The notes under the pieces are model-generated. The model was not told the DNA's origin and did not search any database. It saw nothing but the letters and a program-made list of their open reading frames with translations. 64,000 nucleotides of DNA from Takakia lepidozioides (lineage: Eukaryota > Plantae > Bryophyta). Made by a program: the position numbers and the translations under genes. The stretch's first letter is position 1. Every line of letters starts with the position of its first letter. The stretch spans positions 15,314,001-15,378,000 of the forward strand of contig CM060732.1 of NCBI GenBank assembly GCA_030704615.1, written 5' to 3'. Below are positions 12,089-25,099 of the stretch, in pieces.

Positions 12089-12667
12089 ATGTCGTGCCGC
12101 CAAAATCCTGCTGACTGCCCTTATCATGGCCACGATTATGCTATGTTCAAACCAAAATCAGGAGACATCATTGTCTGGCTCTCTGTTTTCACAGACGCTT
12201 CTGGAATCAAGCGGGAGTCTTTGCGCGCAATGGAGTATCTGGAGGGCTATTACCGCTTTGAGCGAGGTGAGGGCGAGGGTCAATGCGGTCCGTGGGTCCT
12301 GAAAATTGTTGACCTCGATATACCAAGGTGGAATGGGATGCCAGACAGATCACGCACGGCCTCACTTTGGCGCTGGAACTGCTGCCACTGGACCAGGGAG
12401 GACGGCACCGGGGAAAACTATATTCGTGGAGTTCACTCCGCTTTTCCAGTATATGGAGACATTCGGCTGCGTTGCGAAGACGAATCGCATGGGCACAGGA
12501 GGCCCACAGTGACCTTGTCAATGTATGATGGTGGTATGATTGATGGGCATGACATTGTTGCCAGCTCCACCAAGGGCACCAGATCGACCACATTGCAGTT
12601 TACCTCGAGGTGCCGCATCAGTAATGAGCTTGTTTTGAGGGCTATCGAAGTTCCGTCGACTTGGTGA
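12089..12667 (+). CDS. Orphan cargo protein B (192 aa), intact ORF, divergent partner of A
   Basis: MSCRQNPADCPYHGHDYAM...WRWNCCHW...YGDIRL...YDGGMIDGHDIV...ELVLRAIEVP aligns over its whole length with protein A. Confidence 0.7.
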   Translation: MSCRQNPADCPYHGHDYAMFKPKSGDIIVWLSVFTDASGIKRESLRAMEYLEGYYRFERGEGEGQCGPWVLKIVDLDIPRWNGMPDRSRTASLWRWNCCHWTREDGTGENYIRGVHSAFPVYGDIRLRCEDESHGHRRPTVTLSMYDGGMIDGHDIVASSTKGTRSTTLQFTSRCRISNELVLRAIEVPSTW

Positions 12668-12943
12668 CGCCCATGTAGAAGGAGGAAGGGCTTAGATTTC
12701 TCTGGAGTTGCTAAATGTGAGACACCGTGTTCGATCAATAAAACAACCCATCATACCTCACTTCTGTGTGCTTGTGTTTCATCGTGTTCAAGAACTGCCG
12801 TAATTGGCCCACTGTTTACAATTTGAGGTCTCATTTCTACAATGTGTCTGTCCATATGAATATACCAGAGTCAGCGTTATCAGAGTCCTGAGGTGAAGAA
12901 AATCCATCTATGAGTTAAAGGAAACATGTACACGCCGAAGCTC

Positions 12944-14043
12944 GGAAATTCGGCACTGCATTTCATTTTTCTCCATGCAACGATTTCTGGCAGCTCCCTT
13001 TCCTCCGTTGTCGTCGTAACGGAAATGTTGTACAACATTTCATTTCCTGACATGGCAATACCATACTTCCAATTTGAAATGCGGCGCCGCATTTCCATAT
13101 TGGACCTTGAATTGTCCGAGCATGTCCAGTCGCTAATGCTTGTCCATGTCCATACTTGAAATGCGCCACCGCATTTCCATGTCCGTCAACAAAATTTTGT
13201 ACCGGACAATGAAATGCGGCACTGCATTTCCGGAGAGCACAATGGAATGCGGTGCCGCATTTGCGTCGAAGGGTCTGGAATTGGACAAACAACGATGTCC
13301 GTTCTGGAAATGCGGCACCGCATTTCCATGTCCGTCATCAAAATATCGTATTGGACACTGGAATGCGGTGCCGCATTTCCATGTCCGTCATCAAAATATC
13401 GTATTGGACAATGGAATGCGGTGCCGCATTTCCGTCCAACAAGACGGAATGCCCACACGGGTCTGGAATTGGACAAACAACGATGTCTGTTTTGGAAATG
13501 CGGCGCCGCATTTTCATGTTGGGCAATCGAAAGTTTTTATAGGACAATGTAAGTTTTTATAGGACGATGGAATGCGGTGCCGCATTTCCATCAAAGGGTC
13601 TGGAATTGGACAAACAACGATGTCCGTTTTGGAAATGCGGCGCCGCATTTCCATGTACGTCATCGAAATTTCTTATTGGACAATGGAATGCGGTGCCGCA
13701 TTCCCGTCTAGCATCATGGAATGGGGAGCCGCATTTCCGTCGATGGGTCTGCAGTTGGAAAAATGTCCATCTCCAAAAGGTAAATGCGGCACTGCATTTC
13801 CATGTTCGACCTCCGCATTTCCATTTACCTCCATGGAAGGAGCTGGCAATCGGCAAAACTGCCGTGTCAGAAACCGAAATGCGGCACCGCATTTCCGTTT
13901 GTCCGAACAGTTTCTGATGTCCAAACCATGAAACGGAAAATTGTTCTTGCCCCGGTTTTGGAAATGCGGTGCCGCATTTCCAAAGGAGGTTTTTGCAGTT
14001 GCCGCATTTCCATTCCACCATTGAAATGCGGTGCCGCATTTCA
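12944..14043. repeat. Array of ~18-20 palindromes GAAATGCGGCGCCGCATTTC with related spacers
   Basis: Copies at e.g. 13076, 13158, 13211, 13307, 13360, 13413, 13495, 13569, 13631, 13685, 13877, 13960 and 14023. Spacers fall into two recurring types. Confidence 0.9.
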
Positions 14044-14162
14044 GATTTTGGGAGGGACCAGGTTTGGACGATGTTGTCGTTGAGAAGCAAATGGGAGAGG
14101 GGACATGAAGGACGGGGAGAATTTCCTTTATATACTTTGGAATAAAATTTAAATGTACAGAG

Positions 14163-14615
14163 AGGGCACAGGGCTAAAGATTTGTTTGCACAATCAGCAC
14201 AGTAGACGTGCTTCAAATGCAATTCATGTGGATCAATAAAAACCCCATTATGCCCTCTTTTTGTTCTATTTTGTATCCATCGTTCCCAGAATGCATCATT
14301 CCTCATTTCGTTTGGGATTGGGAGTGTGGGTGGATTTTGCAAGTGGCTGGTAGGCTGAAATGGACCCCCATTGTACAAAGCAGTACCACCCTACCATTCG
14401 CGAAACATTGCCTTTCAATATGTAATTCTAAAAAACATTGCCGAACCTCCTTCATCAGGAGGTCCTTCTCCCCCTATGACCATGACACCCTAAACCCTAT
14501 TCCCGCGGACACTCATTTCCGGAAAATAGTCATGCTCATGTTTTTTTCGACACTTACGACTCTGCTCATGGCTCATGCCGCTCATGGCTCATGGCTCATG
14601 AAATAGCAGCCCCCC
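14163..14615 (-). mobile_element. Terminal segment of the MULE-like family ending (GCTCATG)n-AAATAGCAGCCCCCC
   Basis: Near-identical to 45325-45773, 46175-46590 and (inverted) 29325-30500. Confidence 0.75.
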
Positions 14616-15277
14616 AATAAGGAGAAGAAGGAAAAAAAGGGGCTACGGTGGGTTCACCGCAAGGCCTTCCACGCCAAGATGATCGCTCGGAACGACCTGT
14701 GCGCCACAAGCTCATTCCACATGCATGGCGAACACGTGTCCATCTAACCGTTATGAATATCTCTGGAAATCATATTTTTCTCATCCACCGAAATTCGTTC
14801 GGGTCCACCTCTCATCCGAAAAAGTTCATTGTTGAGTAATAGCTTTTGGGATGTTTCAGAGGAATGTGAAGTATGTACAGTTGTACAGCGGTGCAGGTGC
14901 CGTTAAAATTGAATGGAAATGGGCATCTCATCTGGAATCTCTGACATGACAGGCAAATGGCGGCTCTGTCAGTCAATCTTGTTGAGTTGGTTGTCCAATG
15001 CACTGGTGGGGCACCTGTGAGAAAATAGTTGGATTCTTTGATTAGGGCTGACATTATCCACTCCGCATTTGGGCACTCTGCGACCATCCACTTGGTTCGC
15101 ATGGGGACACATTTCTATGATGTGCCGAACCGCGTTAGGAGACCTGCATGCGGGAGTGACACCTGCAATTGTGTGTAAGGACGTATTCTATACAGCCAAA
15201 AAACTTCGCTCTAGTACAATCTGCAATCAGAAGCAACGTCGGACTCTGAATTGTGTGTTTTGAAGCAACATTGACAG

Positions 15278-18200
15278 ATGGCCTCCCAGCCCATGGGCTC
15301 CCTTGACGCGGATTTCTTCAGTGAGGACCACCCTGTCCCCTTTTCTTACGAGGTGGAAGATGACAGTTTTGCGGTGGTGCATGAACACGTGCTCGCAACG
15401 CAGTTTCGGTTGGAAAATGGAACTTTATTCCTTGAAAGGGAAGTGTACGATGCCAATGGAAAACTGCTCAAGTACGCGTTCAAGAATCCTTTGCATACTG
15501 CACCAACCACACTATGGAGAGTGACTCCAGGCAGATACAGGGTGCTCAGTGCTCCTCGGAGACAGTCTGCAGGATCGTTCGTTACTCCTGGCATGGCAGC
15601 ATCAGTGGCCCAGGAGAAAACACCCGTGGTTGTCAAGAAGGAGTCAACACTGTAGTTGAGCTTTCGGACTCATCCTCCGATGACGCCTGTGAAATACCGC
15701 CCGTGGATCAGCCATGTCCACATCAGGAAGCAGATGTGGAGGAGATCACTAGTGTCATTCCTAAACTGAAAGCCATGGGTGGGATGGCAGGATTCAAGAG
15801 TGAGTTGAGGGGGATTGACTGGAGCACTTTCAATGTTCATAGGGTGGCATTCTTATCGGAATCTTTTGATGGTAATACTGTTTTCGAGCTGCCTCCTCCT
15901 GGTCGCGTGGGGGGCATTTCCAGTCTCATGGAAGGAATGGACAAAAAGCACGATGGGCACCCTTGGTGCCGCACAAAAACCTCCAATATTCACAACCACG
16001 ACAACCTCATATTCAGGCGAACAGTCTATAATGGGCACGTGAAATGCGAGAACATGAAATGCAGACACTTCGCATTGTCGGGTGTGCAAAACCCAAGCAA
16101 ATGGGATGGTGTCAGTGAGAATCCATTCAAGCCTGGTGTGACACCACCATACAGTAACACTTTTGTGTGCAAGTTCTGTAGGGTACCACCTTGCTGCCTT
16201 ACAATGTGTGGCGCCAGAATGTACCATGTGGTGCATCGATTCAAAACCCTGACTAGAGCCTGTGTCCATTTCGGTTTTCACAACCACCCTGTGTCCAAGG
16301 GGGATTACAGGGAGAGCGTTGAGACAGTCTCGCGTCTGATAAGGCAAGAGTTGGATACCAATCCAACTGGAACCACATCTGCAATTGCCATGGGGGCAAG
16401 CAAGTCCTTTCTGGAAAGCCGTATTCTGTGTGCATCGGTTTCGGTTGGAGGAAAACTGGAGGGACCAGCTTTGGACACTGTTATGGACCATTTCTCGACT
16501 TTGATTTCTCCAAACTTTCAGGTGAACGCTTTAAGAATGGGCTCTTGGAGCCGAGGTTATATGGACAATATTATGGATTTGAAGAAAAGGAGCATGTACG
16601 ACTACATCCAAGACAACGTTTTCCCAGGGCAAGGAGCCAGGAAAGTGTTCCTGTTCAAAATGTCCACAAGAGGTGAGGGCAGCGGAGTCAGCCTGGTTAA
16701 ACGTATGCAAAAGGGTGGCGATCTAGGCAACTTCTTCTTTATGTTCGATCACGTTAAGAGGGTTAAAGACTGGACCACAATGGCATGTCATGTTTACGAC
16801 CCTGTGTACCAGCGTGTCATGACAATTGCAGTGTGTGACATGCAATCAGAGGACCCAAATTCACAGCAGCTCATGTGGGAAGCTCTCATTCGTGTTATGG
16901 CCTCCAATGGTCTCCCATCTCCCAATTTTGCTGGTTTCATGGCCGACAGTGCTCAAGCTAACTTCAACGCTGTCCGCATTGTATTCGGGACGGGAGATCC
17001 AAAAGTGCCAATGCCTGGAAGAGAACGTACGTGTCTTTTCCATCGGACACAATCCCTGGACAAACACACAAAGGCAGACATCAAGCCAGATATGCTGAGT
17101 ATGCATCGTCAACTGTGCAAACAGTACAAAGATGCCAAAACTATGGGGGAAGCGAATACATTGTTCCAGACAATTCGTGCCTGGTGGTACTCATCTGGAG
17201 CGGCATCGGAGGACAGCATGAGGGCACTGGAAGACTGGTTCGCATTTTGGCACTTCCGTTACCGACAGTGGGGAGCGGCCATGACAACGGTGAGCGGTTT
17301 GCATTCACCTTCCTTTGGGTGCTTTGGATATATCTTTCAGGGTCCCATCCTAATATCGGCTTTGTGTTTTTTTGCCTTGCAGCATATGTCCATTGAGGAG
17401 ATGGCAGACATGCCGTCTTGCAATCTAGCGGAGACAATGCACAATGCGTGGTTGCAGCAATCCGGCAAAAAGGGAAGAGATTTGTGTGCGGCTACGGCCG
17501 ATGACCTTATCCGTGCTCTGCAGCAGCAAACCAGATACAGGTCATTCTTGAGGGGTGGCCTTGGAGGCAAAGGCCCAGACATGAGCGAGTTGATGTTGCG
17601 GGCAGCCAGAAGATCAGGGGATCCCGGCAAAATAGCGCGGGCAGTGAGCATATGTGCAGATGGCACCCATCTCGTGGGAAGAGTTCCCCATCTGGAAGGC
17701 AAAGAGAGATTCGGGTCTTGCAAACGGAAATTGGATACCCCTCCTGGATCGGGTACAGATTCCCATAGGGCGGACCAGGTCAACTTCTTGACGCCACATG
17801 TTCCCTTGGATCAAAGATGGAATTGCGGAACATCCACAGGTGAGGGCCATTCTGCCCCAGACCGGACCCCTGCATCAAGCACTGTCACTGTGGATTGCGT
17901 GTGAAATGCGCGGCGATCAGGGCCACCGATCATGAAAAATGTACATCATTAATATCTAGAGGGAAAGAACGCACTGCAGCTCCTACATTCACTGGTTTGT
18001 TTCTCCCTTACGGCCAAAGAGAGGCAAAGAACCACAAGTTCTGGTTTTGCACTGACGATTGCGGGAGATGTCTGCATGGGACAGTGAGGCCCTCCGTGGT
18101 GATCCACCAACCATGTGGCCTGTGAAGATGGGCACAGGTCTCACTCACCAAGAGATCGCAATGCTGGAAGAGGCGGGTTTCTCCCTAGCCAGACATTCCA

Positions 18201-18670
18201 TTACACGTGAAGGTGCTTCAAGTACAAGCGGTTCACGGGTACCTCCGCCCAACGCTCACTTGTGGCCAACCAGACGGAATGGGAAGCTGGTTCGACGATT
18301 CCCTCCAACCGCAGAACACTATGGAAAAATCGAGTCCGCGAGAATGCTTCACGCTCGTGTTGCAGGAACATTGGAAGTGCCTGATCCAGGGTATGGTCGG
18401 GTCTTCACCATGATCTCATCCGCATCTCCGCTACAGGACAAGACGTACGACATCACTGTTTCCAATTTTCCCAATTGTACCTGTCCTGATTTTGTTGGTA
18501 TGCTTTCAAGTAGTTTGGGAAAGAGAGGGAAGTTCATACCGTGCAAACACCTTTACTTCCTCTTCTTGAGAAGGATGGTTTGTGATCCAAAGCGGGACTT
18601 CTTCATTCACCAAGCCACTATGAGTTTCAACGAAGTCAACATACTTCTACAGCGGGATACAAGCCCATAG
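15278..18670 (+). pseudogene. MULE-like transposase copy 2 (WRKY/GCM-like + DDE + SWIM), frameshifted
   Basis: Homologous to copy 1 along its length. Intron 17290-17382 (93 nt, in frame). Frameshifts near 15650 and 18105; short deletion near 17890; SWIM CTCPDF..CKHLYF. Confidence 0.85.
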
Positions 18671-18874
18671 AAAGCATGCACTTGACACTCCGAAATCTGT
18701 GTTTTCCTTGACTACAACTTGTAATGGAATGACTGTTCAAGTCCAGTGTCTCTCAATGTATGTCGTCTAACATCTTTGCTATGCGTGGGTCAATGCATTT
18801 GTCGCATTGGTTTGTCATTCTGTTATCATTAGCAAGCACAAGAAACTACCTTCAGATAGACAGATGATCAAATC

Positions 18875-19025
18875 AACCTCGTGTTAACACAAGGTTTACT
18901 TGGAGTTTTCCAAATCCCCCTTGTGCCGACACAAGGTTGATTTTAGTTCCAGGAAAACAACCTCGTGTTAACACAACGTTCATTTCAGTTCTAGGAAATG
19001 AAGCTCCTGTTAACAGAAGGTTGAA
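18875..19025. repeat. Four palindromic CCT(C/T)GTGTTAACACAAGG-type repeats downstream of transposase 2
   Basis: Copies near 18875, 18919, 18959 and 19003. Confidence 0.7.
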
Positions 19026-19117
19026 CTCCAGGAAAGCCCAAAACCCTTCATCCGTTTCACCTTCATGTGGTGAAATCAGCAGTTGGGGGCCCCACGGTTA
19101 CAGGCCCACCTTCTTTG

Positions 19118-19235
19118 TGGTGACGTGGCATGACCTGGACCAGGCTCACGCCATGTCAGCTGCGTGAGCGTAGGCTCATGCCACGTCATCGTTGTGTGAG
19201 CGTACGCTCACACGCTCACGCGGTAGCGTCGTGCC
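19118..19235. mobile_element. Putative 3' terminus of MULE-like copy 2
   Basis: tgacgtggca...tgccacgtca stem, gtgagcgtacgctcac palindrome and GCTCACG repeats; inverted homolog of 889-1045. Confidence 0.6.
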
Positions 19236-19239
19236 AGAG

Positions 19240-20793
19240 TAGGAGCAGGTTGCAGAAATGCAACTGGGAGGACGTAGTTGTTTCAAGGGTATATGCTATG
19301 GTGCAGTAATAGCAACACCAATTGAGGGGGAAACAAGCAGTTACCCACCACATTTCTATGAAGAAAAAGAGGGAGAAATAGAAATCCTAGATGAACCAGC
19401 CACTGTGAGTTTACAAGATGAAGTAGTGGCTGGATAGACAATCTCAGCTGAAGAGCAGGTGAGAGAAGTGAATGTGGGAACTAAGGAGGAACCAAGAATG
19501 GTGAAAGTTGGGGCTGACTTGGAGCCTGAATTCTTTGAAGAAGCTAAGAGCCTATTTATCAAATACAAGGATGTATTTGCATGGAGCTATGAAGACCTGA
19601 AGGGGATACCCCCTGAAATATACCAACACAAAATTGAGTTGGAACCAGGTTCTGTACCAATCAAACGGGCAAGATACAGGATGAATCCCAACCATGCACA
19701 GAAGGTTGGAGAGGAGATAAAGAAGTTGGCTGAGGCTAAGTTTATATACCTGATAGAGTATACAACTTGGCTATCATCCATCGTGATAGTTCCCAAGAAG
19801 AATGGCAAACTGAGAGTTTCTGTGAACTATAAGAAGTTGAATGATTGTACAAAGAAAAATCCATTTCCTTTGCCATTCACAGAAGCGGTACTGGACACTG
19901 TGGCAGACCATGAGATGTACTCATTCATGGATGGCTTTAGTGGGTATAACCAAGTACAAGTAGCTGAAGAGGATCAGGGAAAGACAACTTTCATTACTGA
20001 CTGGGGTGCTTATGCATACAAAGTCATGCCTTTTGGACTTTGTAATGCACCAGCAAATTTCCAGAGAGTGATCAGTGAATCTTTCCATGAGTACTTGGGA
20101 TAATTTTATGCAAGTGTTCTTAGATGAATTAAGTGTTTATAGCTCTAAGAACGAACACTTGCAGAAATTGGAGTTATGTTTGGCCAGATGCAGGATGAGA
20201 GGTCTTGGGCTAAATCCAGAAAATGTACTTTTTGTGTAAACTCAGGAGTTCTTTTGGGACACATTGTGTGTCAAAAAGGACTGCTTGTAGATCCTAGAAA
20301 GACAGAGGCTATAAATGCCTCACCACCACCAAGTAATGTTAAGGCTCTAAGGAGGTTCTTTGGACAAACCAGTTATTACAGAAGGTTTGTCAGACGATAT
20401 GCACAGAAGGCAGCACCATTGAGCAAACTCTTGAAGAAGGATGCAATGTTTGCATGGACAGCTGAATGTCAACAGGCTTTTGATGAACTTACATTGTCAG
20501 TAACAACTACACCTGTACTGATTAACCCTCATTGGCATATGGTATTTCATGTACACTGTGATGCCTCAGGAGAAGCATTGGGGGCAGTGTTAGCCCAAAA
20601 TGTCATAGGAAACATAGATTCACCTGTGTATTATGCTAGCAGACTGTTGAACAGTGCTGAAAGGAACTATAGCACCACCGAAAGAGAAGCTTTGGCAATG
20701 ATTTCTTCAGTCAAGAAATTCAGGCATTATTTGCTGGGAAGGAAGTTTATGTTCTATGTGGATCATCAAGCTCTGATTTATTTGGTGAACAAG
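19240..20793 (+). mobile_element. Degenerate Ty3/Gypsy RT-RNase H (family 2)
   Basis: KYKDVFAW, PKKNGKLRV, MDGFSGYNQ, MPFGLCNAP, HCDASG, YSTTEREAL, YVDHQAL; stop and frameshift near 20100; truncated at 20794. Confidence 0.9.
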
Positions 20794-21698
20794 TATAGTG
20801 TGAAAAGAAGAGGGCATAAATCCCCTTCTGTCTAATTCTAATCTAGTTCTTAGTGAAAGATCTTGTTGTTATTCTGCAACTCCCACACAAGTTGGCTACA
20901 TCCATGCTGTTTATGATCAAAGTTCATAAAGCCCTCATCCATGCCGCAGCGGAAGATAAGACATGGATGGGGGAAGTAAAAGTGTTTCCTGCATAGTGCA
21001 ACAGGCCTGACTAGGGTTATGTCTTGCACCAGCTAAGTTTTCATGCTGATACAGTCACTCAAACAGCTCACCAGAGGGTTAATGACAGCCTATGAGTTCA
21101 CCACTTGCATGTAGCATCTACTTGAACCCCCTTTGTTATCATGCAATCACCGAAAATGCAAGGCAACATGGATCTACCATACAGTGCAGGTCTGATATTT
21201 CTATGCAACTCATGGTCTTTCCTTTATCTCTCAATTGGCCCTCCCTTCATCATTCTTTTGCTGAACAGATCTCTCTTCTTCCCAATCTCTCCCTTTCTGA
21301 TGCAAGTGCCATGGTTTCTTTTATCAGACCAGACAGCCCCTCTACATGCAATGCAGATATACCAAGGCACACATCCAGTGGAGACTTCTGCAGAGATCCT
21401 CTTGGAATCATAAGTACACACCACATTCTCTCTTAGCTTTTCTCTCCTCCCAAACATAATCTCTCCTCATTCTCATACCCTAATGCTGACAGTTGCAGAC
21501 CCCGTCCCTCATTTCTACCTATAACAAGTGCAACAATTCCCTTGGTGAATCTCCCTATACTGTTCATTTTGCATACTTGTTTAACTCTAAACACTAATGC
21601 ACAGTTTGCTCCAGATTCAGTGTACTGAACCATAAAATCAAAAGCAAGACAAACACTATGCATTCATTGATTGTAGGTGGGCTGCATCTGCCTTCTAT
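20794..21698 (-). mobile_element. Partial, diverged copy of the long-LTR end (family 3)
   Basis: Begins tatagtgtgaaaagaag and contains atccatgccgcagcggaaga, matching the ends at 21699 and 29057. Confidence 0.55.
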
Positions 21699-22231
21699 TG
21701 TAGTGTGAAAAGAAGGGGCGTGAATCCCCTTATGTGCAATTCTAATTGTGCTCCTCCCCAGTTTTGAAGCGAAGCAAAAGAAAGGAACTCTCTTCCAGTG
21801 ATCCAACCATTGTCACTCGGTTGTGGGTTTCCCTCAAGTCCTTCATGATCAGAGTTTACACAATCCTCATCCACGCCGCAGCGGAAGAGAAGACATGGAT
21901 GGGGAGTCTGTATTGTTCTCACCCTTGGTTCTATTTTTACACGACATCCTTTCCATGGGGTACAGCACCAGCCATGCTACCATGTTGTCTTCAGTGATGC
22001 AACCAGCCCTACGTCAGTGATGAGCACTGCCCTTGTGGGCAGCTCCCTTGGACAATAACACGTGGAAGCCCCTTTTTGTAATAAGATCACAATTTAGAAG
22101 GAGGCAACTCAGATCTGCCATGAACTACAGGCCCACCGGTTTGGCTCTTCATGGGTTCATGCTTTCTTTATCTTACCTCCCCAATCTTCATCCCTCATCA
22201 ACCCCTCTTGCTGGTCAGCTCTCTCCCTTTG

Positions 22232-22320
<89 letters not shown>

Positions 22321-25096
22321 AGGGTCTGCAGATTCCTCACTTTTTCACAATAGCATGTCTAAGATGCAATGCAATGCGCATTCAGCCAGGCATCCAGTGT
22401 ACCCAGCATTGAAATCAACCTTGGTCACACAAGACATAATCAGCCCCTTTATCAGTTCCTCTCTTGCCAATGACAGATGCTTCACACTCCCCTTTTCCCA
22501 GGTGTAGCCATTTGCCCAAGACACTTCTCAACCCGTCTACAGGTCTCAATTTACACACCCTGACAGCTCTCTTTTTCCCATCAACTGTGAACCTCAGTTG
22601 TTCACATGCTGAGAGCACTCTGAGAATCAGATCCAAACCCCAAACAGTGTTGGTTTTTCTGCCCCATCCACATCATCCCTTCTGCTCCTTCCAAACAGTT
22701 CTATCTAACCTTCACTGGTTTCCTCTACCTACTAAGCTAGTTCCACATTGGCTGCAATGTGTCAACATCCAAGGCCACATTGTTTTCACAGGCTCATGAC
22801 ACTGAAACAAAGAACAAGAATACAACAAACAGCAACCATTCTGACCCAGCGATGAGTTAACCCTGTCCCCACTCATTTCTCCTACTGTGCAATGTAACAG
22901 CAGGTGCATCCATTTCCAGCCTATCCTGGTTTGAAGTCCAGTGTCCTCATTCCATTTCCCAAAGCTCTTTTCTTCCTCACATATCTGTGTCTCTTTCTAC
23001 ATACAAGAGATAGTCCAAAACTTCACAAAGCGATTTCCAAGTCACCCAAAAAGGAAGCCAACACTCTTTGAACTTATCTGTCTTATACTCCAGTGAAGCG
23101 GTGGGTCTGCCTGTCAAGATGGCACCTCATCAACTCTGTCATCAGCCACATCCAACGCTTCTTCTTATCGTGATTCCAGTCCTCATTATGTCATGACGGC
23201 TTTGCTTCATCTGCTGGCAACATCCTTGTGCCTGCCAACCTCTACCCTATCCTTCTACATGTGCACTTCTTCCCTAAGAATTGATCTGGTCCTACAGCAA
23301 TAAGACAGAAAGCAGCTACAAGTCTTAATTACAAATAATCTGAAGCGCCATACACACCAGCCTGCACTTCTCCTATCCCAACAGCTGTTGAGCCGCTCCA
23401 TCTCCTCATAACTGTGCTCTTCAAGACCATGGCGGCAGCGGTGGTGCACCGCTCTCATCACATGCTCAGCCTTCAGAATTGATCATTACTACGAAGAAGG
23501 CGGCACCGCTTCCTCTTGCACAGAATGCCAAGCAAGAGCCTTTAACGTTGCTCTTTAAAGCAAGCTGATTCCCCTTGGGCAGGTGGAACTTTCTAAGACA
23601 TACTGTGCTGCCAACACCACTGCAGCAGCTCCGAAAAGTTGCCCGCACTCTTCCCCTTCGTTTTTCACAGCCCGAGCTTCTAGGTTTAAACATCATCGAT
23701 GAAAATCATTCATCCTAGGGATGAAAAAGGCGCATGTCATAACTTAGCCATATTTTGTCCTGGCAGAGCAATAGCATAGTGTTCCCATGGAATTACCTGT
23801 AGTCATGGATAATTCCTTCCCCTCATTAGCACCGGGCACTCCCTTCGTAGTAATGCCGAATCCCGATGCCAAACAAAAATTTGAATGTTTACCCCCTGCA
23901 TTCACACTACACTATCACCATTCCCAAAGACATATGCATCATCTCTCATCCTCTCTACACCATTCTGGTTTGAAGCCCAGACCACCACTCCATTCCATTT
24001 TTCAAAACGTTCTCATACTCTCTCTACTAACTCCAGAGCCCTCAATCATTTCAGCGACATCTATCTAAGTAGAAGAAAAAGAAAAACCTTCGCACTTAAC
24101 TGATATATACCCCTGTTCAAGCGGTGGGTTCCATGCTCAAGCTGGCACCTCACCCTCCCTGACATCAGCCGCCCTAATGCTTGTTGTTACTTGCATCCGC
24201 CGGCGCTTCTCCAAAATGAAGATCTCGCATATTAAATTCTTCATTGTCGCAGTACCCCAGTCTACATTAATCCCTAATCTTAAGAGTTCATCAAAGCCTG
24301 ACAGTTCTGCTCTCTCTTGGCAGCCCCCTTACCATCTTGCCAAACAACTCTTGTTTCTCCCCTCATTACTGTTATCTTACCCTAAGATAAGATCTCCAAC
24401 TTTGACAACAAGCTACTGTGGCCACAGCCCTTATGCATATCTACAGTCGTTCCCCCCACAACTCTCCTCATCTCTCAACAGGCCTAGATCTATATCCCTT
24501 CAAGGCAGTGACGGCACCGCCCTTCCTTTCTATCAACAGCACATAGTGTCAAATTGCTCATTCCACCGCAGGCCCCTATCCTCCAGCGATCCCCACTCTT
24601 TAAAGCAGCCTAATGATGATGGCATCGCCTTCCTTCATCTGGCATGAGAGCACGTTTCACCAAGCTGTTTCCTTGTAGGCTTATCCTCCAGCAAGCTCCA
24701 CGTCAAGAATTCATCAAGACAGAAGCGGCACCGCTTCTCCTGCTGGATGGTGCACAGATTACCACGCCGCCCTTTTGTTTCCCCATTACTGCTCATCAGG
24801 CTTCAAGGTAAATCCAGCCAGCACAGCAGGGTTAGTCACCTTTAGCAAAACAGCTCTGCTAATCCATTGCAGCACCTGCACATCTTCCCGCAATCCTTTC
24901 CCTTGTCATCTTCCCCGTGAATCTAGGGCAACATCAGATGAATGACATCCCCTTAACGAATGAAAAATACAAGGGGTTCACATCCTTCAAACATAAATGA
25001 CTTAGGAAAATTCAACTCTAGGCCTCAGATTTCTTCCCTGCACACCCATAAAATTCAGTGTGAGTGGAAAACACCCCCCACTGGTTTCACACTACA
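21699..25096 (-). mobile_element. Putative ~3.4-kb 3' LTR of Gypsy family 3
   Basis: Bounded by 12-bp inverted termini TGTAGTGTGAAA...TTTCACACTACA; directly downstream of the minus-strand integrase; no convincing coding content. Confidence 0.6.
22237..22316. repeat. (CT)n microsatellite, ~40 units
   Basis: Read directly from the sequence. Confidence 0.98.
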
Positions 25097-25099
25097 TAT

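Noticed and set aside
12944-14043. CRISPR array
   Set aside because: Spacers are homologous to one another and of irregular length, there are no cas genes, and the context is a eukaryotic TE.
12880-14378. Many overlapping ORFs with KCGAAF / NAAPH / MRRRIS repeats (similar ones at 31540-32640 and 62700-63385)
   Set aside because: Translations of palindromic DNA repeats, open in several frames on both strands.
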